The translations under genes and the position numbers were made by a program. Shown one piece after another: positions 10,155-18,518 of a stretch of 26,923 nucleotides of DNA. Positions within the stretch are counted from its first letter, which is position 1. The number at the start of each line of letters is the position of its first letter. The notes beneath the pieces were generated by a model that saw nothing but the letters and a program-made list of their open reading frames with translations, ran no database searches and had not been told where the DNA came from. Origin of the DNA: Acidobacteriota bacterium (GTDB lineage Bacteria; Acidobacteriota; UBA6911; JACQSX01); NCBI GenBank assembly GCA_036507075.1, contig DASXQR010000030.1, positions 1 through 26,923 of the forward strand, read 5' to 3'.

Positions 10155-10385
10155 ATGAAAGTCACAGAAAAAGGACAAGTCACCCTGCCCAAGAAGCTGA
10201 GGCGAAAATACGGTATTACGCAGGCAACAGAAGTTGAGTTTATCGAACGCGACGGCGCCCTCCTTTTGGTCAAAAAGGCGGCAGCAGGCTCCCTGGCTCG
10301 CTTCCGGGGAATAGCCGACAAGAAAGGAATTCCTCGCCGCACCGATGACTTCTTACGACGGATTCGCGAGGGATCGCTTGAATAA
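10155..10385 (+). CDS. AbrB/MazE/SpoVT-family antitoxin (VapB-like)
   Basis: MKVTEKGQVTLPKKLRRKYGI...VEF is the AbrB swapped-hairpin signature; GAGGG RBS; overlaps the downstream PIN gene. Confidence 0.9.
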   Translation: MKVTEKGQVTLPKKLRRKYGITQATEVEFIERDGALLLVKKAAAGSLARFRGIADKKGIPRRTDDFLRRIREGSLE

Positions 10386-10782
10386 AGCTGCCGTGGACAG
10401 TTCCGTGATACTCGACATTCTTCTGGATGACCCGGAATTTGCCGGGCCCTCCATGAGACTCCTCGGAACACATATTGCTGAGGGCGCTGTGGTGATCTGT
10501 CCTGTGGCTTACTCTGAAAGTGCAGCGTGCCTTTATCCTCCGTCCAAGTTTGTTTCGATTGCAAAAGAGATGGGGCTGATCTACGAGGACTTCGACCCAG
10601 AAGTGTGCACTCTGGCTGCACAAATGTGGCGGGATTACCATGCCAGGGGAGCACGAAAGAAGAGGATTCTGCCCGACTTTCTAATCGGGGCGCATGCACA
10701 AAGGAGAGCGGATCTTCTGCTCAGCAGGGACAGAGGATTTTTCCGCGCCTACTTTCACGGCCTGCGAGTCGTAGGGCCGTAG
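10378..10782 (+). CDS. vapC: PIN-domain ribonuclease toxin
   Basis: VDSSV...YSE...LPDFLIGAHA...LLSRD acidic PIN residues; probable TTG start at 10378 overlapping the antitoxin stop. Confidence 0.88.
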   Translation: MNKAAVDSSVILDILLDDPEFAGPSMRLLGTHIAEGAVVICPVAYSESAACLYPPSKFVSIAKEMGLIYEDFDPEVCTLAAQMWRDYHARGARKKRILPDFLIGAHAQRRADLLLSRDRGFFRAYFHGLRVVGP

Positions 10783-10904
10783 CCGCTTTCACAAGCTGCC
10801 ACGAAACCACCAAAAGTCTTCCACTGTTCTCTGCAGTACGCCTCTGTGGTGAAATCCTTTTTCCGATAGCAGCCAAACCAGCCCACTACGAGAAAATCAG
10901 GACC

Positions 10905-11010
10905 TTATTGAAGATACCCATTCACATCGATTGGCGCCCTCGACATCCACACGATAAAGATTCCACCTGCCCGTCGGGTCATTTGTCTGCGACACGCCGA
11001 TCAGAATTAC
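10905..11010 (-). pseudogene. Collapsed middle and C-terminal remnant of a paralog of the 18519-20627 gene
   Basis: ILIGVSQTNDPTGRWNLYRVD (cf. VCIGASQTSDPTGQWNLFRFD) joined out of frame to IDVNGYLQ-stop (10905-10931), the end of the shared C-terminal domain. Confidence 0.7.
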
Positions 11011-11141
11011 CCCTTCCAACCCGCGAAATTTTCCTTGTGAGATCCCTCCCTGGAGAGATAGGCCTAACGAAACCAGTAAAGAATTTCCCCTCCTATGGCT
11101 TGGCAATGCAAGAAATCAATCAAAAAAGAGGAGATTTTGAA

Positions 11142-11411
11142 ATGACACCAGGACTGACGCGTACTGGTAAACCGATTGCTCTTTTCCTCAGTATCTGGCT
11201 TTTGGCGGCTGCCTTTGTAGCTGCGGCGGAGCAAGGACGAACGGGGCGTTCTGCCGATGGAGAATCCTCCCTTTTGCCGCCGCTGTCAGCCATGATGAAG
11301 CGCGATTTGGGCGAGCGGGAACCCGACGAGAACGGTCCTTGGACTCCGCGGATGCTGAAGCTTGCCGGAAGCCCGGGGATGCTGCAACCTCCAGATCGGA
11401 AAAATTCATGA
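11142..11411 (+). pseudogene. 5' fragment (RBS, signal peptide, N-terminus) of a paralog of the 16859-17968 gene
   Basis: AAGAGGAG RBS; signal peptide MTPGLTRTGKPIALFLSIWLLAAAFVAAA; then SADGESSLLPPLSAMMKRDLGEREPDENGPWTPRMLKLAGSPGMLQP, nearly identical to 16972-17114. Homology ends at ~11391. Confidence 0.8.
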
Positions 11412-11529
11412 CCGACTTCTGGCTTGCCACAAAGGAGTCTCCCCTGATTGGGTCTTCGGCGAAGAGGTAAGTTTTCCCCAGGATCGAGCAGGCGATAACA
11501 ATCAGAGCTGCGGCATAATTCGATTTCAT
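11392..11529 (-). pseudogene. 5' fragment (signal peptide) of a secreted-protein gene, probably the start of the 10905-11010 remnant
   Basis: GAGG RBS; signal peptide MKSNYAAALIVIACSILGKTYLFA; VMNFSDL weakly resembles TVNFDQL of the 702-aa protein; runs head-on into the 11142 fragment. Confidence 0.55.
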
Positions 11530-11842
11530 GAAACCTCGCTGCGGTCCGGATGAACCTTGAGCTGCGCACCTTCACATAGGCCGGGTGATGCATCGAAATT
11601 TCAATGCCACCCTTCGCTCTTAACGTGTTGCGATGCTGAGTTGATGGCGATGGGAATCGTCGTATCGGGTCCAAAAGTAATCCGCAAATAACCTACGAAT
11701 CAAGGTAATTCACGCAGGGCCTCAAAAGATCACCGCAGTCGTAAGCCGCGGCGCGAAGCGTCTGCCAGGCAGCGCATAGCGCCCCGGAGGGCGCTGACTG
11801 GAGTTTCTGCGCGGGGCCGGGCTGGCCAGGGAGCTCGGATTG

Positions 11843-13465
11843 TCACTGGAAATAGCCGTTTACATCCAGGATGAAATGCACTGTCCCCGCTGGCATGTCG
11901 CATCGCACCGCCAGTGTTCCACCGTTCCCAAGCGGGATCACAATGTTGTTGGCTCGTGTCTGCCCTGTCCTGAAGTTGATGTTTGAAACGAGAGGAAGGC
12001 TGGTGCCGCCGGGATAGAGCCTGAGATCGCCAATATTGGTGGGCTGGGTAACTGTGATATTTCCAGAGATCGCTCTTGCCGTGATCGGTATGCCGCACTG
12101 GGTTGCCACCGTAAAAGTCCGATCCGTGTTGGCCGAAAGCGCAGGCCCGCCGTAGGGGCCGGCGGCGTTGCGGGTATCGGCGACGCGGCAGGGAGTCACA
12201 GTGTGAAAATTGACGCCGGCGGGAACGCCCGACTTCGGATAGATGAACGAGGCCCCTCCGATGTCATCCAGCCGTACGGAGGCTCCCCGGTTGTCGTTGT
12301 GGGCAAGAAAGTACATTAAAGCGTCGGACAGCAGCGGGTTTGGCTCCGATGGATTCTCGGAAGAGTGATCCAGCCCGATTCCATGCCCTACTTCGTGCGC
12401 GGTTACCTGGTCCAGGTGGTTGTCGGTCGCAAGAAAACACCCCGCTCCATCGTTAAAAACGATATCCGCATCGAGGAGTTGGAAAAAACTGACCGAGTTT
12501 ACCGTTTGAGCGGGTGATCCGAAACGCATGAAAGCGGTCGCGAGAGTGCCGACGCAGCCAACAATCGGGTCCATTTCGTTGTCAGGATCGTTAAACAAGA
12601 TCACGTTTGTGTTGTCCAGGGCGTTGCGGGCCGCGATGGCTGTTGTGCCTCCGTACGAAAGGAAAATTTTCGCGGTCACGATATTGTTCCACGCCTGCAA
12701 GGCATTGGTCACTGCAGTCGCCGTAGTCGCGGAAGTAAGCGGCGAGCCTGTCGGATTCAGAAGGAAAGGCACCAGGACCGAGCTGTCAAATTGATGCCAG
12801 CGAAACTGAGCGGGGGAGGGGAGGGTAAAGTATTTCTCGCCGGAGTCTGCTTTCTGGTTTCTTACTTCCAGAGATGTGCTGATTCCTTGCAGCGAGAATT
12901 CCCTCAGAGGAAGGGAATCCGGCAAGTCCAGTTCCCTTCGGTACGGGCCGAGTGGAAGCGCCGGGAAGTCCCTGGTTGCGTCGGCGATCTCACTCAGATT
13001 TTCGAAGCGACGGACCTCCGCTCCCAATACGCGAGCGCCTGGAGCCGAATCCGGACGCAGCCTTCCTGATGGCATTACGTTGAATTTTCCCTGGAACAGG
13101 TCGAGTACCCGAAAGAAACCGTCCGGCATGAGCCTGAGCAGCACTACAACATCTTCGCCTTCTGCAAACTCGGCCGACCCGAATGCCCACGCCCCTTCCG
13201 CGCCGTATCTTCCCCCGAACTGTTTTACGTAGATACTGGTGCCGTCGGGAATCTGGCGGAAGAAATCCCGCTGGACCGCCAGCTCGATAAACGTATCAAT
13301 ACTGCGAGCGCTTCGCACGCTTCGAATCGAAGTCACGCGACCCTGCACAACGGCGTCCGCCCGTGCGATCAATTGCTCCCGGGGCACCATGATGACTGTT
13401 GTGGCCCCGACACTTTGACTGGAGAGGAGGAAAAGAGACGCAGCAACGATCTTTCGTATCCACAT
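11843..13465 (-). CDS. Second secreted matrixin-like zinc metalloprotease with the shared C-terminal domain
   Basis: HEVGHGIGLDHS and ALMYF Met-turn; full-length paralog of 8203-9894; signal peptide MWIRKIVAASLFLLSSQSVGA (ATG 13465; ORF track TTG 13522); C-terminal domain at 11843-12208. Confidence 0.88.
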   Translation of the reverse strand: MWIRKIVAASLFLLSSQSVGATTVIMVPREQLIARADAVVQGRVTSIRSVRSARSIDTFIELAVQRDFFRQIPDGTSIYVKQFGGRYGAEGAWAFGSAEFAEGEDVVVLLRLMPDGFFRVLDLFQGKFNVMPSGRLRPDSAPGARVLGAEVRRFENLSEIADATRDFPALPLGPYRRELDLPDSLPLREFSLQGISTSLEVRNQKADSGEKYFTLPSPAQFRWHQFDSSVLVPFLLNPTGSPLTSATTATAVTNALQAWNNIVTAKIFLSYGGTTAIAARNALDNTNVILFNDPDNEMDPIVGCVGTLATAFMRFGSPAQTVNSVSFFQLLDADIVFNDGAGCFLATDNHLDQVTAHEVGHGIGLDHSSENPSEPNPLLSDALMYFLAHNDNRGASVRLDDIGGASFIYPKSGVPAGVNFHTVTPCRVADTRNAAGPYGGPALSANTDRTFTVATQCGIPITARAISGNITVTQPTNIGDLRLYPGGTSLPLVSNINFRTGQTRANNIVIPLGNGGTLAVRCDMPAGTVHFILDVNGYFQ

Positions 13466-13711
13466 AAGGCGCAGCGCCGAGGCTGATAATCGTGACTTAA
13501 ACCATGCCAAAAACGAGTGCAATGAATCACATTTGGTGCCGAATGAGCGAGCTGGTACTTAGTTACGTCGCTGCTGAAGCATTCTCGGGTTGATGCCAGA
13601 TTTGGAACAGCTGGAATTCAGATCAAAGTTCCGGCTCTGGGAGCCGGCAAACTCCGGTCCTCCATAAGGTCCATTAGGATTGCGTGTATCAACAAGCGAA
13701 CCCAAATGACC

Positions 13712-14195
13712 GAACCGCGCGCGTAAGCAAGCGGACTCTCCGGACTGAATTCACGTCGCAGGGGCGGCCTATCATGGTCGCCCGCCTCACAGCCGCCCGG
13801 GTTGCCGCCTCCGGAAGGTCCGCTCGCTTGCTTACGCGGATTATGCATGAATCCCCGTAAAATCTGATGAGTTCGCAATGGGTCAACGAGGCGCGCAGTG
13901 AAATTAGCCGCGTAGCGGCGATCGAGTTGTAGCCGAGGGCGTCAGCCCTCGGTAGCGTTTTGTACGCGAGCGTAGCCGCGCAGCGGCGACAGAATATAAG
14001 ATTTCGGAAAAGGGGACATGTGGCAAGGATTCTGTCGCCGCTGCGCGGCTGCTCGCCATTGTGTAACTACGGAGACTCGTAAATAATCTCGGCTCACGCG
14101 CGCGGTTCGGCTGGGGGACATCAGAGGGTCCGCTTGCTCACGCGCGCGGTTCTGAATAATTGAGAGTCCCCTTGCTTACGCGCGCTATTCCGATA
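13712..14195. repeat. Composite REP/REPIN-like repeat cluster
   Basis: About five copies of a gtccgcttgct[tc]acgcgcgcggttc-like unit (13712 inverted; ~13818, 14091, 14124, 14162 direct, some partial). Perfect 22-bp inverted pair 13974-13995/14029-14050 with a third partial copy at 13906-13921; hairpin 13933-13952. Confidence 0.82.
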
Positions 14196-14319
14196 ATTTG
14201 AGGGTAGGGTCCCTAACTGCAGTATGTCAGCTTCGCCGAGCATCGAGGCCTATCCCTCGACCGCGATACCACCGGGGTTGTCTGCATGAAAGGGCGGCCA
14301 GTCCCTCCGTAAGTATTCG

Positions 14320-14926
14320 TCAAGACGGAAGAGCGGACACTTCCTCGATCGCAGCGCGATAAACATGGGTCACATTTTCCCAGGAATACCTGGCTGCGAC
14401 ATACTTCCGCCCGACGGCACCCATCCGGGCGGTCAAATCAGGATCTTTAACGAGCCGGCAGAGCGCCCAGCGAGTCTGCATCATCGAACAAGAGGCCTCC
14501 GCCGCTGTCCTGGATATGCCGCTCCATTACTTTCGAGCCGCGTCTTGCCACGACCGCCTTGCCATGAGCCCAGGCTTCGAGCGCCGACAGGCTCAGGCTT
14601 TCGTAAAGAGAAGGCAGGATCAGCGCGACGCAGTTGCCGACAAGCCAGTTTTTCTGTGATTCGTCTACTTCTCCCAGCAGGTGAACGGCCGGATGCAGCG
14701 GCACCTTCATCACCGGAGTGCCTGCCAGCGCCAGTGTATAGCTGCCTGAAGCGTCTCGACCCGACTGCACTCCATGTCCATCCAAAAACCATTCGGTCAG
14801 TTCCTTAACTCCTTTATTAATATCCACGCGCCCGAGATACAGGAAAAACTCCCCCGACTGCAGTTGCCTCGCGAAAGCTGCCGGTTTTTGGTCTTTTGCT
14901 TCCGCTGATGGCAGTTCCACTCCGGC
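14320..14926 (-). pseudogene. C-terminal half of a GT4 glycosyltransferase, frameshifted; paralog of 22760-23962
   Basis: FFLYLGRVDINKGVKELTEWFL...PSLYESLSLSALEAWAHGK. A ~5-nt deletion near 14455-14467 shifts to the frame LVKDPDLTARMGAVGRKYVAARYSW...IEEVSALPS-stop. N-terminal domain absent. Confidence 0.82.
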
Positions 14927-14977
14927 GCCTGTCGTGGCGCCTTGACCGATCCTTTTTGAGCAGTCGCGCGCCGGCGG

Positions 14978-16540
14978 TTAACTTCCCAAACGCTGGCGTT
15001 GATTGGAAAAGACTGCTGCAGGGTCGGCGCCGCTGTTCCGAAAGCGCCCCGACACCGAGGGTACTGAAGGCTTGGAGCGGGCCTCTACCAGAGTTTGAAA
15101 GGAGAAAAGGCCGGGCATGATTGCAACCAGAACCTGCCACATTCTGGTAGCCATCCGCGTCCATCGGCTGTCGCCAAACACAATCTGAAATGGGACGGGA
15201 ACGCTGCGGATCCTTTCGATTACAAAGCCGGTTTCTCGGATCAACCTGACAAACGAGGCGCGAGTCATCAGACGGCTGTGATCAATATCCAAAATGCCTC
15301 TGTCGCCGTATTCGAACCGTCCAAGCAGCAATCCGAAACGGATGGTTACAAAGGCCACGTTCGCAGTGGAGAAAATAAAGCGTGTCTTTGAATGACCCGA
15401 GTGTGATTGCCTGAGCCGCAGCAGAAACTGCTCCGGTTCGTGCAAGTGCTCCAACACATCCAGGCACAGAACCGCGTCGTAGTCGAATGGGTTGGTGGGC
15501 ACCAGTTCACGGTTCAGGTCGCAGCGCCAGTATCGGTCGCAGGCCGGCGGGCTCTGAGCAAGCAAATCCGATCCGGAATAGCTCAGAGTCGGAATCTGTT
15601 TTTTTGCCGCAGCGCCGATGTGGCCTGCTCCGCAACCAATGTCGAGAACCGACTTTGGCTTCTGCTGCACCAGCGCCCGCAGCGCAGTCTGGTGAGTGGA
15701 ACCCAGCACTGAGGTCTTGTCGAGATAGATAGTGCGCTTGTACAGGAGGTCTCTAAAGCGCAAAGAGCATCCCATGCCGTGCTTCTGCAGCCAGTACTGA
15801 AATGTAGCTCGAAGAATATTGGCGGCGTAGCGGAAACCCACGACGCGACAGACCTCGTCGGCGTATCTTGTCGGGATGGGGACTTCTGCGACTGTAGCGT
15901 CTACGTAAAATGCTTGAAGAAGGATCTCCGTATCAAAGTCAAAGCTGTCTGAGTTGAGTTCGAAAGGGATTCTACCAAGAAGTTCCGTGGAATAGAGCCG
16001 CAGGCCACTGTGGTACTCGCTGAGATTTCTTCCGGTAAAAAGATTTTGGATTCGGGTCAGCACCTTGTTGCCGGCGATCTTGTAAAGCGGCATGCTTCCT
16101 CGCCAGGCCGATGCCATGCTCCACATGCGCGAGCCCAGTATTACGTCGGCTTTTTTGGCCAGCGCAGTTTCCAGCATGGAAGGCAACGCTTCGGGAGGAT
16201 ACTGGCAATCTCCATGTAATAAAGCCACATGAGTGTAGTTTCCCGATTGCAAGGCATGGCGATAACCCACCTTCTGGTTTCCACCATAGCCCTGATTCTG
16301 ATCGTGGCGTACAACGTTCCAGCTTTGAAATCCATGCTCTTCGAACAGCTTCTCCGCCAACTCGCGCGTGCCGTCCGTTGAGGCGTCATCAAGAAAGAGA
16401 ATCGACCATTCGTCGCGGACCGCGGGAATTGCCGCTAGCCTTTGAATCAGTTCGGTGACGTGTGCTTCAGCTTCGTAAGCAACCACCACCAGCAAACTCG
16501 AGGCCGTGCCGGAATGCCGAGTGTCAGTATGAATAGACAT
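14978..16540 (-). CDS. Bifunctional GT2 (DPM1/polyprenol-phosphate glycosyltransferase-like) and class I SAM-dependent methyltransferase
   Basis: LDDASTDGT, NQGYGG, LHGDCQY, ILGSR, EYHSGLRLY, FDFDTE, EVPIPTRY in the GT2 part; VLDIGCGAG and DVLEHL in the MTase part. Confidence 0.9.
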   Translation of the reverse strand: MSIHTDTRHSGTASSLLVVVAYEAEAHVTELIQRLAAIPAVRDEWSILFLDDASTDGTRELAEKLFEEHGFQSWNVVRHDQNQGYGGNQKVGYRHALQSGNYTHVALLHGDCQYPPEALPSMLETALAKKADVILGSRMWSMASAWRGSMPLYKIAGNKVLTRIQNLFTGRNLSEYHSGLRLYSTELLGRIPFELNSDSFDFDTEILLQAFYVDATVAEVPIPTRYADEVCRVVGFRYAANILRATFQYWLQKHGMGCSLRFRDLLYKRTIYLDKTSVLGSTHQTALRALVQQKPKSVLDIGCGAGHIGAAAKKQIPTLSYSGSDLLAQSPPACDRYWRCDLNRELVPTNPFDYDAVLCLDVLEHLHEPEQFLLRLRQSHSGHSKTRFIFSTANVAFVTIRFGLLLGRFEYGDRGILDIDHSRLMTRASFVRLIRETGFVIERIRSVPVPFQIVFGDSRWTRMATRMWQVLVAIMPGLFSFQTLVEARSKPSVPSVSGRFRNSGADPAAVFSNQRQRLGS

Positions 16541-16858
16541 AATGCATCAGCAGAATTCAGAGCGATTATACGATGTCGCCGCGAACCCGGCCAACTACGC
16601 GATATTGCGACCCATGTTCTCTTAGGGTTTGTCTTTGGACATTTCTAACGAACGACTCTGCCGCCTCAGTACCGCATCCGTCAGCAGGTGTGAAAAAATC
16701 GACGCCACCGGGCTTGGAACGTGAGAAGAAATCGAAGAGGAGTTGCGGCTATGCCGCCCCTCGTGCGGAAAGGCTCTGCCTTTCCGGGCGATGCCCTCCA
16801 TCCTTTCTCGGCAAACCGAGGCTGGGCCTCGGTTTGCGAGAAAGGAAGAATGTGAAGA

Positions 16859-17968
16859 ATGGCGCTGCCATTGCGTGAAATTTTCCTTGTGAAGTGTCTC
16901 GCTGGAGGGATAGGCTTGGCTGAGCAAAAAAACGCATTGCCCCCCCCATGGCATTGGCAATCCAAGAAATCGCGCTCTGCCGACGGGGACTCCCTGCTGC
17001 CGCCGCTGTCGGCCATGCTGAGGCGCGATTTGGGCGAGCGGGAGCCTGACGAGAACGGCCCGTGGACTCCGCGGATGACGAAGCTTGCCGGAAGCCCGGG
17101 GATGCTGCAACCTCTGCTCGTGCAACCGAACGATTTCACCTACCTCAAAGTTATTGGAACAGCATTTTCACCGCGCAAGAGCACATCGACATACGACTAT
17201 GTTTCCAACGGTTGCATTTTCCAGAACGGCGGCTCCGATTTCCGGTTTCAGACCCCTCTGCTGCTTCCCGAGGGGGCGTCGCTCAAGTATGTTCGCTTAT
17301 ACTACGTCGACACGGCAGCGACGGACATGACCGTCTGGCTCACAAAGTACCAGCCGGGGCAGTCGAACGTCGACATCGTCAGCGTGCAGTCGGCCAACGC
17401 TACTGGCTACGGCACGACCCTGAGCAAGCTGATAGGAGGTCCTGACCCGGGGGACCCGCCGGCGGAGATTGTAGACAACGCCACCAACGCATACGTGCTG
17501 ACCTGGGGAACGAGTGTCGCAAACAACACGAACCAGCTCTGTGGCGTGCGCGTGGCATACTATCTGCCGGCTCCCGGCGAGTTCAACCCGATCACGCCCT
17601 GCCGCGTCTTTGATACCCGCGCCGTGGGTCCGCAGACAACAGGAGCGCCTCTCGCAAATCCGGGCCCGTACAACTTTCGGATCCAGGGTAACTGCGGCAT
17701 CCCAAACGGCGCCAAGGCGGTCGCCCTGAATGCCACAGTGGTGACACCGACCCAGGGTGGTGACCTGCGGCTCTTTCCCGCCGGAGGCCCGCTGCCGGGC
17801 GTTTCGGTGATGAACTATCCTGCCGGGATTGCCGCCATCGCCAACGGCGCTGCCGTGCCTCTTGCCGCCGTGGCCGTCCCGACGGACAAGGACCTGGCTG
17901 TCGTGATCGGAATGGCCGCGAGTGGAACGCTGCACCTGATCATCGACGTCACCGGCTACTACTACTGA
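16859..17968 (+). CDS. Protein with an unknown beta-rich domain plus the shared C-terminal domain; native RBS, start and signal peptide deleted (possible pseudogene)
   Basis: C-terminal domain at 17582-17968 (FNPITPCRVFDTR...DVTGYYY). Bases 16873-16971 match the upstream non-coding DNA of the 11142 paralog, and the 128-bp leader (11118-11245) is absent at 16971/16972. Confidence 0.7.
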   Translation: MALPLREIFLVKCLAGGIGLAEQKNALPPPWHWQSKKSRSADGDSLLPPLSAMLRRDLGEREPDENGPWTPRMTKLAGSPGMLQPLLVQPNDFTYLKVIGTAFSPRKSTSTYDYVSNGCIFQNGGSDFRFQTPLLLPEGASLKYVRLYYVDTAATDMTVWLTKYQPGQSNVDIVSVQSANATGYGTTLSKLIGGPDPGDPPAEIVDNATNAYVLTWGTSVANNTNQLCGVRVAYYLPAPGEFNPITPCRVFDTRAVGPQTTGAPLANPGPYNFRIQGNCGIPNGAKAVALNATVVTPTQGGDLRLFPAGGPLPGVSVMNYPAGIAAIANGAAVPLAAVAVPTDKDLAVVIGMAASGTLHLIIDVTGYYY

Positions 17969-18054
17969 GGCACTGAGGGAGCGCAGCTTCGCCGCGTGAG
18001 GTGAAGCTCCGCCTGCCCCTGACACTGCTTCGCCGCCGCTATTGCCGCGCAATT

Positions 18055-18461
18055 GTAGAGACGCCCCGGTGGGCGTCTGCTCCGGAGTCAAACAACACCT
18101 CTGCAGAAGACGGCCCATCGGGCCGTCTCGCGAGCCCGCGCGGTAGGAATCTCCCAGTTCCACGCCCGTCAGTACCGCGGGCGTGAGCCCGTGTGCGGCA
18201 AATCTCCCCAGCTTTACCGCCGTCAGTACCGCAGCCACTACGTGGTGGCACACGGGTCGAAACCCTGGTACTGACGACGCTGGAGTTGGGTTGATTCGTC
18301 TCGCACGGGCTGACGCCCGCGGTACTGACGGGCGTGGAGCTGTTCCTCCTTATTCGAAGGACATAACTGGCCACCCTTATTATTTGCGAAGAATTTTTGG
18401 CATGGGACAGGCTTTCGCCCGCATTCCGTCCCATTCTATGAGACGTCCTTCAGGACGTCTC
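18055..18461. repeat. REP-like palindrome cluster between convergent genes
   Basis: GTAG-footed hairpin gtag-agacgccc-cggt-gggcgtct at 18055; hairpins 18108-18128 and 18440-18461; 39-bp inverted pair 18155-18193/18304-18342 (2 mismatches) enclosing two more partial gtcagtacc units. Same families as 1010-1235. Confidence 0.82.
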
Positions 18462-18518
18462 TCCACGCGGCGAAGCCGCGCGCTGGCGAAGCACTCGCCG
18501 ACGCTTGTCAGGTTTCCG

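Noticed and set aside
11090..11112. Sigma-54 promoter (tggcttggcaatgca)
   Set aside because: GG-to-GC spacing is 9 nt rather than the required 10.
10527..11411. 294-aa ORF as a single gene
   Set aside because: It runs through vapC in another frame and through non-coding DNA; only 11142 onward has an RBS and homology.
13712..14195. CRISPR array (also considered for 18055-18461 and 25519-25598)
   Set aside because: Repeats are in mixed orientation with irregular spacing, lack unique constant-length spacers, and there are no cas genes.
17297..18253. 318-aa minus-strand ORF
   Set aside because: Antisense to the 16859-17968 gene and starts inside a REP cluster.
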